Below, one piece after another: positions 54,112-63,142 of a stretch of DNA of 64,000 nucleotides. The notes beneath the pieces are model-generated. The model worked only from the letters and a program-made list of their open reading frames with translations. It did not search any database and had not been told where the DNA came from. The DNA lies in the NCBI RefSeq assembly GCF_000009045.1, contig NC_000964.3, positions 2,108,001 to 2,172,000 on the forward strand, given 5' to 3'. Origin of the DNA: Bacillus subtilis subsp. subtilis str. 168. Lineage in GTDB: Bacteria > Bacillota > Bacilli > Bacillales > Bacillaceae. Position 1 is the stretch's first letter, and every line of letters starts with the position of its first letter. The position numbers were made by a program, and so were the translations under genes.

Positions 54112-57100
54112 ACTACACAGGACAAGCATCCCTCTTGGGTCGTATCTTTAGTTCTGGCATAATATAAAGTTTTAATTCCACGATGATGTGCGTAGAGGTC
54201 TATTCTATTTAGGTCTCTCGTCGTCATCGTATCCTTTAAGAACAACGTAAATGAAATCCCTTGGTCGACGTGCTGCTGAATTGTTGCAATAAGATCAACT
54301 ACCTTAAACATATCCATGTCGTATGCTTCCTTATAGAAGAACCAATTCTGAGCCGATAAACCTGGCATCGGATAATATGTCTTACTGTTTCCGTATGTAC
54401 GTTCCTCAATTCTCTCCATAATTGGCATTACACCTGCTGTAGATGATTGAACATATGAGATGCTTCCCGTAGGCGCAATAGCTTGTCTATAGGAATGATA
54501 AAGACCATATTTCATTACATCTTCTTTAAGCTTCATCCAATCTTGAATATTAGGAATATGTTGATCTCCAAATAGCTTTTTAACCTTTTCATACTGAGGG
54601 CTATAATCATTTGTTACGTACTTTTCGAAATACTCGCCTGATTTATAAGTCGAACCATCAAACTTGTAGTATGTCTCCCCTGTTTCTCGTGCAATTTCCA
54701 TAGAACGCTGCAGTGAGTAGAAGTTAACCATCATAAAGTATGTATTTGCAAAATCCTTAGCTTCTTCACTTTCATAAGCAATATTATTTTGAGCTAGAAA
54801 TCCATGGAGGTTCATCTGCCCTAGACCAATTGATCTCATTAATGTATTTGCTCTCGCAACTGCTGGAGCATTTACAATGTTTGTTTTCCTTGTGACAGTT
54901 GTCAGTGAGTCAATTGCTATTCTGACTGTTGAAGCAATTGATTGATTACTCATTACATTTACAATGTTCATTGAGCCAAGATTACATGAGATATCTAAGC
55001 CAATTTCATCCTCTTTATCGTAATCCGTATAAACTGATACTTGTGACGATTGAAGTACCTCTGAACAGTTACCAGTAACAATTCCATTGAAAATCAGAGA
55101 GTGATAGTCTTCTTGTGTTGTATCATAAACATCCTCAACACCATCTTCTTCAATACTAATAATTTCAGCTGTAAAATCATGCTTTGGCTTTCTTGACTTA
55201 GGTTGCAATGTCTCAGTTAACAAATTGAATTTATAAACATCGTATTCTTTCATTTCAACAATACTCATAAACAACTCTCTTGAGTTTCTATCTTGAATAC
55301 TGATTTTGTGTGTTGGTTTTACATTGTAAAGCTTAGAACCACCTTTTCCATCAGGAAGGAGTTCTTGTGAGCGCTTGTTGTTAGAATAAATCGTTGTATA
55401 AACACCCATGTTCAGTAACAGCTTCTGAACGTCCTGAAGGCTCTCATAGTGGATGGATGTTAACTCAATAGTTAATGCTTTGGCTTTATGATTTGCATTT
55501 ACACACCCATCAGTCTGGAATAAACCCGATAAATAAGCTGCTTGCGTTTCCTTATTAGCTTGAAAAATGAATTCTGGGACTCTTGTTTTTGTTTCTTTGT
55601 TCATACCGAACTTCTTCAAGATGTCAAATAAGACAGTACTATTCATGTAGAGCAAATCTTGTTTTTCTGGGTTGGCCATATTAAATGTTGGGAGAAGTGA
55701 TGTATTGTGCTTATAAGCACGATCAACCTTGTGTTTTTGAATAATACGGTGAACTGCATCAGTAACTTTCTGCTCAAGAACTTTTTTATTATCGTATAAA
55801 TAAATCTTGGCAGTTTTTTCAGTAATGGTTCCATCACCAGCTATAATGCCCATAATGTATGCAAGATCGGGTTCATGAATTTTCCCGTATGCTCCTTCAG
55901 CTGATTGGACTAATAATTTATCGCCTGTTTTCAGTTGATTCAATTGGAGCTTTTGAATTTCACCATCTCTTTTCACATAGAATTTGTGCCACTCAGTTGC
56001 CCTAATTTCATATCCTTGCTTCGTTTTGACTTTAAATATTTCCGCATCTTTTTTAGTCAGTTGCATTGGAATTGCATCTACAATTGTGGTACCTTTGCTA
56101 CCAACTGCAAAATCTTTTGTTCTATTATCAATGACCACTTTAAGATCATTCTGCTTTTTATAAAGATCGGCTGCTTTTTCATATCCATTCTCAGTTAAAA
56201 GAAGTGTTTCTCCAGTAACGCACAAATTTGAAAACTTCACTTTTGAAATATGTTCATTTGGATGCACTTTATTTACATTGTCAGCGAACATAATATACGG
56301 ATAGCCAGATTCGCTTCTTAGAATAGCCAATTGCTCCAACAACTTTCGAGCATTTCCCTTTGCTTTTCTAACTCTTGGATTTTCAACAAGCTCATCATAC
56401 ATTTCATTAATGTCTAGCTCATCTAGATACTGCCCATACTCCTTGTATACTGAATGCGGATAGAACATGTAATAATCCTTGTCTTCCCTTGCCAATTCAA
56501 TAAATTTGTCTGGAACAACTACGCCAATAGACAGTGTTTTAACTCGGACATCTTCATCAGCACTTATTTTTTTGGTATCCAGGAAGTCTGTAATGTCTGG
56601 ATGGAATACACTTAGATAAACTGCTCCTGATCCTTGTCTTTGCAGACCATTCAAACGTGTTCGCTAAGCACGTCCCGCCATATGGCTGCTTCATGTTACC
56701 ATGAAGGTTAGACTATATCTTCACCCTCTAAGGGTGCCTCCTGTTTCGACTGCCAATAGCTTGCAGCCTACGCCTTTCGGCTAGTCGTTGCACGTTCAAG
56801 ACTTAGTCTTGCTTCGCTCATGATTGTCCCTGTAGGAGTTCCCATGAATTAAAGAGGTTTTCGATCACCATTGCTGATGAAAGGGGCCAAATCAACCCAT
56901 TTGGTCGGCATATCTGAAGGCATTATCTAGAAGTTTCATAACACCTACGACACCTTTAGTCGCATTCTCTACGTCTTTAATCGCTTCACCTTTGGCTCTT
57001 AGTTTGTTTAGATTTAATGCTACTCCTCCACCTAGCTTAGAAAGCTGCATGGAAATATCAATAGCACGTGAAATATCATTCAAACTGTCGCCTACTTCAA

Positions 57101-57614
57101 GTAAGAAGCAGCTCACCATTTCACCTCTTCGCTTACGTCCAGCATTAAGGAAAGTAGGTGTTGCTGGCTGATACTCTTGTTTCATCATAGTATGTACTTC
57201 CTCAACAGCCTTCTCGTAATCGCCATCAGCGCAATATAAAGCCACAATTGAGACACGATCCTCATACCTTTCCAGGATCTTTGTTTTATCGTTTGTCTTC
57301 AATGCGTAGTCATTGTAGAACTTAAAGGCACTCATAAAAGAAGGGAATCTGAATTTGTAACTGTAAGCAATCTTATAGATTGATTTAATCTGTTCGAATG
57401 TATATTTGCTTAAGAATTCTTCCTCGTAATAATCATTTTTAATCAGATAGTCCAGCTTCTCTTTCAGATCATGGAAAAAGACTGTGTTTTGATTTATGTA
57501 ATCAACAAAGTAACTATGTACGGCCTCCTTATCCTTTTCAAATTGATACTTCCCATCTTTCTGGATCATGATTTCATTATTGAGCTTGATCCAATTTGGT
57601 ATTGTGTTTGTCAA
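54108..57614 (-). CDS. nrdE: Class Ib ribonucleotide reductase alpha subunit, spliced: join(57614-56895, 56642-54108), 1084 aa including the intein
   Basis: TTG 57614 behind AGGAGG; QPATPTFLNAG; joined ADQMG|QRQG; SNLC/SE; APTGSIS; C-terminal CLSC. Confidence 0.94.
55068..56222 (-). mobile_element. Intein (385 aa) with LAGLIDADG endonuclease in NrdE
   Basis: Starts CVTGETLL, ends IVTGN before Cys of the C-extein; blocks LAYIMGIIAGDG and YLSGLFQTDG. Confidence 0.93.
56643..56894 (-). mobile_element. Group I intron (252 bp, ORF-less) in phage nrdE
   Basis: GGT|TGA...CTG|CAA junctions; CAACGACTA and GAAGATATAGTC core elements. Confidence 0.92.
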
Positions 57615-57972
57615 TAAGTTGTACCTCCTGAATGATTTTCTGTAGATCTTGTTTCGTTCCACTAAGTTCAAACTTTAATAACAATGGTGTGTGGAACTTA
57701 GCTGAAAGCTTGTCTCCAGCTAAACCATAGTTATCACCCCAAACCTTGTTACCACTAACAGCAACTCCTCTAATTTTATTTTTATTCTTATTGATAAAAC
57801 TCAAAGTCCTTTCAGGTACTTCCCCAAAGCCTATCGTATATGTAATATGTATGAATTCTTGATTGATGATCGTATCATCAGTTATTTCAATTGCCTCAAC
57901 GTCAAACTCTTGTTGCAGCGCTTTGACAAACCTTTTTACATTTCCTGTTTTACTCTCATATGTAATGATCAC
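57577..57972 (-). CDS. nrdI: NrdI flavodoxin
   Basis: YESKTGNV, TYTIGFG, SGNKVWG, KFELSG. Confidence 0.94.
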   Translation of the reverse strand: MIITYESKTGNVKRFVKALQQEFDVEAIEITDDTIINQEFIHITYTIGFGEVPERTLSFINKNKNKIRGVAVSGNKVWGDNYGLAGDKLSAKFHTPLLLKFELSGTKQDLQKIIQEVQLIDKHNTKLDQAQ

Positions 57973-58325
57973 TAATCGTTATAAGCCCCTGTAATTAATT
58001 TTGTAGTCACTGTTTCAGCTTCATTTTCAGCGTAATTGAATGCTTCTGATATCTCACGATTAATGTCGCCCATTTCCATGTAGCCCTGTGCCATACTTTC
58101 ATATAAGGAACTTTTCTTAACTGGAACGTAATCATCTAGATTCTTTTCTAATTCAACAAATTGATTTCCTTGTTGGTCAGTTGCAATAATCTCTCCTTTT
58201 AATACAGGGAAAGATTGCCCATCAGCTAAATGAATATGAGTGTTCTCAGTGGCTACTGTAAAGTTAATAATGTTCTTCTTTTTTACATATGGTTGAGTTG
58301 GATCAATACGTCTAGCTGCCCCCAT
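57972..58325 (-). CDS. yosL: Phage hypothetical protein
   Basis: 117 aa from ATG 58325 behind AAGGAG (ORF track extends to 58382). Confidence 0.78.
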   Translation of the reverse strand: MGAARRIDPTQPYVKKKNIINFTVATENTHIHLADGQSFPVLKGEIIATDQQGNQFVELEKNLDDYVPVKKSSLYESMAQGYMEMGDINREISEAFNYAENEAETVTTKLITGAYND

Positions 58326-58412
58326 TTTACATCTCCTTATTTTTTGTATTTTGAATAAAGCTGTGATTTTATCTAGATTCAAGCAGTACCTATTCGTCCT
58401 CCTTAGGAATTG

Positions 58413-58613
58413 TCACTCTTCTTCGATCGTCCATCCGTTTAATCTTGCGTACTTTAATTTTCTTGAATATCTACGCTTCCACTCGTCCCAGTCCTTCTTC
58501 TCTTGACCTGACGTTAGTGAGCCTCTGTACTGATTTTGTCTTCTTTTCTTGTCTAGCTCTAGTATATCGCCAACCCATCTAGGAACTGACGGCCTATAAT
58601 TACTTTGCGACAT
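58413..58613 (-). CDS. yosK: Phage hypothetical protein
   Basis: 66 aa, GGAGGA RBS. Confidence 0.78.
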   Translation of the reverse strand: MSQSNYRPSVPRWVGDILELDKKRRQNQYRGSLTSGQEKKDWDEWKRRYSRKLKYARLNGWTIEEE

Positions 58614-58657
58614 CTATTCGTCCTCCAATTGTTTCTGTATAAATTTCATTGTGTCTT

Positions 58658-58852
58658 CTATTGTTTCGGCCACCCTTCTCCAAGGAGTTTTTTAGCCTCT
58701 TCAACATCTGTGAATCTTTCAATCTTGTGTCTATAATCATCGATCCACCGGTAAACACATACTGCATTTTCTTCAACTTTCATGACGGTGTACTGCTGCA
58801 TAGGATCTTCTAGAAGATGAAGTTTCTGATCTTTATAAAACCCTTGAATCAT
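58658..58852 (-). CDS. yosJ: Phage hypothetical protein
   Basis: 64 aa, GAGGAGG RBS. Confidence 0.78.
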   Translation of the reverse strand: MIQGFYKDQKLHLLEDPMQQYTVMKVEENAVCVYRWIDDYRHKIERFTDVEEAKKLLGEGWPKQ

Positions 58853-58872
58853 ATAATATCCTCCTCTTATTT

Positions 58873-59007
58873 TTATTGAATTTCTCTTACTTCATGCGGT
58901 ACTCCGCTTTCTTCTTGAGCATATACTGCATCATTATGAGCCTCAATTGCATCATCATAAGTATTAACAAGTGATCCCATACAATAAAGTCCATATTTCA
59001 TTTTCAT
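58873..59007 (-). CDS. yosI: 44-aa phage protein
   Basis: Hand-translated MKMKYGLYCMGSLVNTYDDAIEAHNDAVYAQEESGVPHEVREIQ. Confidence 0.7.
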   Translation of the reverse strand: MKMKYGLYCMGSLVNTYDDAIEAHNDAVYAQEESGVPHEVREIQ

Positions 59008-59038
59008 CTTCATCATCCTCTTAATTTATTTTTATTCT

Positions 59039-59509
59039 TTAAAGTAAACTGCCATCAATAAGCAATACCATCTCTTCGTCATTAGAAATCTCCTCAAGAA
59101 CCTGTTTAAACGGCATGAGCTCTTTATCTTCTCCTGGCGCCCTTCCATGTTGTATCGCCGCATAAACTTGCCCAACTTCTGTCATTTCATCACTTAACTC
59201 TCCATCATCATCATCTGTAACAGTATCTGTATACAGTTCCATTGCCTTTTCTTTTGTATAAGCCTTAATCAATGCATAATAGGGGTCAAACACTTCAAAA
59301 TACTTCATAATGGGTTTTTCAACTTCCAATTCCTCAACGTAATCGCCTTTAATTTTCACATCATCAACTCCGTTTTCGAGCAAATGATCTACCATATCCT
59401 TGCCTAGTTGTTCTAACGCTGCTCCTTGAACAGATGGACTTTCGTCATTAAATCCTTCATGAGCGTAACAAGTTGCTTTTATTTCAAAAACTGCTGCTTT
59501 AATTCCCAT
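59039..59509 (-). CDS. yosH: Acidic phage hypothetical protein
   Basis: 156 aa, AAAAGGAG RBS. Confidence 0.8.
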   Translation of the reverse strand: MGIKAAVFEIKATCYAHEGFNDESPSVQGAALEQLGKDMVDHLLENGVDDVKIKGDYVEELEVEKPIMKYFEVFDPYYALIKAYTKEKAMELYTDTVTDDDDGELSDEMTEVGQVYAAIQHGRAPGEDKELMPFKQVLEEISNDEEMVLLIDGSLL

Positions 59510-59569
59510 AGCACAATGCTCCTTTTAATATTTATTTTTTAGATTTAGAATCCACTAATCTCTTTAAAA

Positions 59570-59932
59570 TCATCCTTTTATGGAGAACGAATGAATACCA
59601 GGTACACCCACAACGCTCTGGAATGGATTGAGCACATTAAATTCTATTTCTACCGCCAAATCTCTGTCTGAGTTCATTTGAATTCTTTCGATTTTCACAT
59701 TAACTTCGCTTGTTTCATCTTCTAGACTAGTCATTTTCATTTTATAAGTGCCCTTAGATACACCGCCTAGTTCAACCCATTTATAAACCAATAAATCATT
59801 ACTAATCCTTACTGTGATTTTATCTTCGTTTTCAGTTGCCTCTACATTTTTGTAATGAAGAACCATTCTTGTTTCATTTGGTAAATGTTTATTCAGTGTT
59901 TCTTCATATACGGCAATTTCTTTTAAGATCAT
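59570..59932 (-). CDS. yosG: Phage hypothetical protein
   Basis: 120 aa, AAAAGGAG RBS; bracketed by two palindromic sites. Confidence 0.8.
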   Translation of the reverse strand: MILKEIAVYEETLNKHLPNETRMVLHYKNVEATENEDKITVRISNDLLVYKWVELGGVSKGTYKMKMTSLEDETSEVNVKIERIQMNSDRDLAVEIEFNVLNPFQSVVGVPGIHSFSIKG

Positions 59933-59974
59933 ATCTAACTCTCCTTTTGAAAATTTCGGCTTAAAATAAAACTT

Positions 59975-60100
59975 TTATTTAGACTTATTGTCGTTTTGCA
60001 AAATGGTGTCAGCAGCTAAAGATGTAGCTTTCATTTCGCCGACAATTTTACCAGTTGATTTCTTTTTGAAAATAATCTTTGCAGCATTATCATCACTCAT
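59975..60100 (-). CDS. yosF: 41-aa phage protein
   Basis: Hand-translated MSDDNAAKIIFKKKSTGKIVGEMKATSLAADTILQNDNKSK; AAGGAGG RBS. Confidence 0.7.
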   Translation of the reverse strand: MSDDNAAKIIFKKKSTGKIVGEMKATSLAADTILQNDNKSK

Positions 60101-60113
60101 CTTGAGTGCCTCC

Positions 60114-60461
60114 TTAGATAAACAATGTGCTAACATATAGAACAATCAATGCGAAAGTTGAATGAAATAAAGACTTACCGGCTTTCTTGAAAATGTTCTC
60201 ATCTTTTTCCTGATCTGACCGTTTTACACCTTTGACAAATACATTGAGTAAAACACCAATAACAAATGCATGAGGTAAAGTGACATGGACATTTTGAATA
60301 TTGTATGTATCAATAAGCAAAGGATTTAACACATGATTCAATCCGTAATAAACAATTAGTGACATAGTCAACGCTTCAACAAAAATAAGTAATCCAACTA
60401 CAATTAACGAACCTGACCCCATAAAGAATCCGCTCCAAATATCTTTTGTATCCTTATTCAA
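60114..60461 (-). CDS. yosE: Phage membrane protein (about 3 TM)
   Basis: 115 aa hydrophobic ORF, AAAGGAG RBS. Confidence 0.8.
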   Translation of the reverse strand: MNKDTKDIWSGFFMGSGSLIVVGLLIFVEALTMSLIVYYGLNHVLNPLLIDTYNIQNVHVTLPHAFVIGVLLNVFVKGVKRSDQEKDENIFKKAGKSLFHSTFALIVLYVSTLFI

Positions 60462-60475
60462 TAAATATCTCTCCT

Positions 60476-60871
60476 TTAGTCTTTTTTAGTTAGCCTCTGC
60501 CACCAGGAAGTTTTTATCTGTCTTTGATTTTGAGTATCATTGTTTTTTGCTTTCTTATTATTGTGTTCTTCGCATTCCTTCAAGCTTTTTTCATCTATAA
60601 TTGTCTTAATAACTCTGTCTGTTTGATATGTCCACTCGTTATGTATGTTTCGCTGCCTGTCAGTCACTATGACATATTCATTAAGTCCAGGGATATAAAC
60701 TTTACCTCCAATTTCTATAGGCTCAATATCTATATAGCCCTCGAAGATTGGTTCAGTACGAGTTACCTTACACACTGGCTGAGTAATCCACCTCTCTGTG
60801 CCTGGGGCACGGTGTGAGTAATACCTTTCTTTCATAACCAATCCTTCAATCGTTGCTTTATGGCGTCCCAC
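60476..60871 (-). CDS. yosD: Phage hypothetical protein
   Basis: 131 aa, GTG behind AAGGAGGTG. Confidence 0.8.
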   Translation of the reverse strand: MGRHKATIEGLVMKERYYSHRAPGTERWITQPVCKVTRTEPIFEGYIDIEPIEIGGKVYIPGLNEYVIVTDRQRNIHNEWTYQTDRVIKTIIDEKSLKECEEHNNKKAKNNDTQNQRQIKTSWWQRLTKKD

Positions 60872-60909
60872 TTATTCACCTCCTTATAAGTCTCTTTAAA
60901 AATTGAATT

Positions 60910-61452
60910 TTAATCTAAATGCTCCATTACAATTTTTAGATAATCTTTATAGTCAGTAGCAACCACACTGTCTCCATTAACAAGCTGTTCAGTTTTAACT
61001 CCAAAGAACCACCTGTCACCTATCCATTGACGACCAGTCATGTTGTTTAACCCCAGCTCATCATGAGACCTAAATGGATACACTTCTTCAATTTGCTCAA
61101 TCATAGCTTTTATTTCTTTAAAGTATTTAGATCGTTTTTTGAAAGCATAGAATCCGTCTACTTGATTTTTAACAATGTCATTTTTAAATATTTCATACGC
61201 TTCTGTTCCTTCGTAGACTCCAAAGTACTCAGAGTGATAAAACGAGAAGCCTTCCTTGACTCCATACTTTTCTTCGAATTTATCAAAGAAAGAGTTTATA
61301 TCCTCTTTGCGTTTCTTCTCAGATTTATACCAGTCACTTTCCTGTTTAACTTCGTAAATCGGTGCATCTAAGGTTTGCATACTCTCATCTCCCCTAATAT
61401 TTCTTTCTGCTTGTTTTAATTTGTCGTATACTGCGCTTGCCCGGGAAATCAT
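60910..61452 (-). CDS. yosC: Phage hypothetical protein
   Basis: 180 aa ORF. Confidence 0.78.
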   Translation of the reverse strand: MISRASAVYDKLKQAERNIRGDESMQTLDAPIYEVKQESDWYKSEKKRKEDINSFFDKFEEKYGVKEGFSFYHSEYFGVYEGTEAYEIFKNDIVKNQVDGFYAFKKRSKYFKEIKAMIEQIEEVYPFRSHDELGLNNMTGRQWIGDRWFFGVKTEQLVNGDSVVATDYKDYLKIVMEHLD

Positions 61453-61496
61453 TAGTATTTCCTTTGATCATATTTCCCCATCTATATCTTTCCTTT

Positions 61497-61676
61497 TTAT
61501 AGATCCACCAACATCAGACCGTCTAGTCCATATACCTTGTCTCTTTCAGTTAACTTTCCGTTTTTTCTCATTGTCTTCAATGCATTTTCTGCTTGTTTAA
61601 GATTTGAGTAAATATGTGGGTGGTAACCATAGAGATATTTCCCTTCACTCTTTGCAGCAATTACAAACATGTTCAT
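61497..61676 (-). CDS. yosB: 59-aa phage protein
   Basis: Hand-translated MNMFVIAAKSEGKYLYGYHPHIYSNLKQAE...MLVDL; AAGGAG RBS. Confidence 0.72.
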   Translation of the reverse strand: MNMFVIAAKSEGKYLYGYHPHIYSNLKQAENALKTMRKNGKLTERDKVYGLDGLMLVDL

Positions 61677-61806
61677 TCATCAACTCTCCTTATTCAACTC
61701 TTAAATTTAGACAAAGTCTTCATTTTTTCTTTTTTAGACTGAAATCTATGTCGAATTTTTAACCTTTGCCATACCATATACTATCCTTACTAAAGGAGGT
61801 GGCAAT

Positions 61807-61926
61807 ATGGGATTCTACAGCGGATATTCTGGTGGATACTCTGGCGGCGGATACGGAAGCAGCTTCGTCTTGATCGTTGTGTTATTCATCCTATTGATCA
61901 TTGTTGGTGCTACATTCCTATACTAA
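61807..61926 (+). CDS. yosA: YjcZ/SscA-family 39-aa membrane microprotein, inverted moron
   Basis: MGFYSGYSGGYSGGGYGSSFVLIVVLFILLIIVGATFLY; AAAGGAGGTG RBS; own terminator at about 61969-62001. Confidence 0.85.
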   Translation: MGFYSGYSGGYSGGGYGSSFVLIVVLFILLIIVGATFLY

Positions 61927-62029
61927 TCTCAGAGTAAATCCAGAGCCTTTGAATCACCTCCCTGTTCGATAGACGCCATAAAACTTCTTATGGCGTTTTT
62001 TATTTTTACATTTGTATAAAAGGAATATT

Positions 62030-62242
62030 TTATCCTCTTATTTTGTATTTGATATTTAATCCTAAATGTTCTAATGTCTTCTTAACACTTAAATTGCTGC
62101 ATTCATTTTTCACTTTATCGGAATAACCCTTTGCACAACTTTCACAACAGTTGAAGTCTACATAAGTTTTTTCATCGCTGATCCTAAGACAAATTGTTTT
62201 TCCGCTTATGTACTCCTTACAGATGTCACATATATGATTCAT
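62030..62242 (-). CDS. yorZ: Cys-rich (zinc-finger-like) phage protein
   Basis: CDIC...CCESC; ATG 62242 behind AAGGAG. Confidence 0.78.
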   Translation of the reverse strand: MNHICDICKEYISGKTICLRISDEKTYVDFNCCESCAKGYSDKVKNECSNLSVKKTLEHLGLNIKYKIRG

Positions 62243-62276
62243 TAACACTCTCCTTCGCCTCAACGTAAATTTATTA

Positions 62277-62302
62277 TATACATATTATTTGTTTTTGTCT
62301 AT
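62277..62302 (-). promoter_or_regulatory. Repeated phage promoter element (probably SPBRE), copy 2
   Basis: Minus strand TAGACA-N17-TATAAT embedded in ATAGACAAAAACAAATAATATGTATA. Confidence 0.75.
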
Positions 62303-62308
62303 CGGTTT

Positions 62309-62491
62309 TTAAATAATTTCTTTAATATTTTTCAGCTTTGCAAAAACAGACATTATATCTTTATCACACCGCTCCCAAACACGCTTTTCTTCAGGCCTTA
62401 AAGTGTTTTCTAAATAAACATAAAGCTTATCCAATACTCCTTCAGCAGCATCTATATCATCAATTACAAGATCCCTAACAATATCCTTAAT
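62309..62491 (-). CDS. yorY: 60-aa phage protein, ATT start
   Basis: Hand-translated [28 protein letters not shown]...KEII behind GGGAGAGGG. Confidence 0.68.
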
Positions 62492-62503
62492 GATACCCTC
62501 TCC

Positions 62504-62731
62504 CTATGAAAATATGGTTATTGCTTTTCCATTGTCATTTTTTATGTATGGGGAATATTTTCGGTCTAGGCAATTCTTCGACTTTCCTTCTCCCAGGCTT
62601 ACATTATAAATATCCCCTACCTCATAAACTTCGTATGCTTGTTCTTTTGCATGTTCAGGTGATAGCGCCTCAATAACTAGAGACGCATTTTCACCTTTGC
62701 TGTCTTTACACCTTACATAATACTTTTTCAA
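62504..62731 (-). CDS. yorX: Phage hypothetical protein
   Basis: 75 aa ORF. Confidence 0.75.
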   Translation of the reverse strand: MKKYYVRCKDSKGENASLVIEALSPEHAKEQAYEVYEVGDIYNVSLGEGKSKNCLDRKYSPYIKNDNGKAITIFS

Positions 62732-62770
62732 TAAACATCCCTTTATCCTTTCATTTTTTCTCGAAACAAT

Positions 62771-63142
62771 TTAATGAATCAAGCCTTGATATGTATTTGG
62801 TTTAATATTGTGTAGATTGTTTAGGTTAGTTAACCGCTCGATTTCCTTACTCATCGCATAACATTGATCAACATAAAATTTCTTTGGCATAATCACAAAC
62901 TGGCCATCTTTAAATCCTTCCGCACCGGCTTCTTGCATTGCTGCTGGAAAGATATCAATTAGACTACCTTTCTTAAAGCTCTCAATATACTCATCTACTG
63001 AAATAGTGTGCAAAACCTTAGCTAATACTCCATTAGTCTTTTCATCGTTATGTACGTAAATGCTTTGTGTATGTGGTTCAATAACTACAAAATCAAGAGC
63101 GTTTACCAAGTCAATTTTTTCTTGATCAGTTAGCATATTCAC
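62771..63142 (-). CDS. yorW: Phage hypothetical protein
   Basis: About 121-123 aa, AAAAGGAG RBS, coupled to yorV. Confidence 0.78.
   Translation of the reverse strand: MNMLTDQEKIDLVNALDFVVIEPHTQSIYVHNDEKTNGVLAKVLHTISVDEYIESFKKGSLIDIFPAAMQEAGAEGFKDGQFVIMPKKFYVDQCYAMSKEIERLTNLNNLHNIKPNTYQGLIH

Noticed and set aside
58355-58364. ATAAAGCTGT matches 10 of the 16 nt of the att core
   Set aside because: Short AT-rich match lacking the ACAG arm; better explained as part of the palindromic site family or chance.
45426-62330. Half-sites (W)TAAAA at several other stop codons (yotJ, yotG, yosV, yosI, yosB, yorY)
   Set aside because: TAA followed by A-runs is common in AT-rich DNA; not counted as sites without the second arm.
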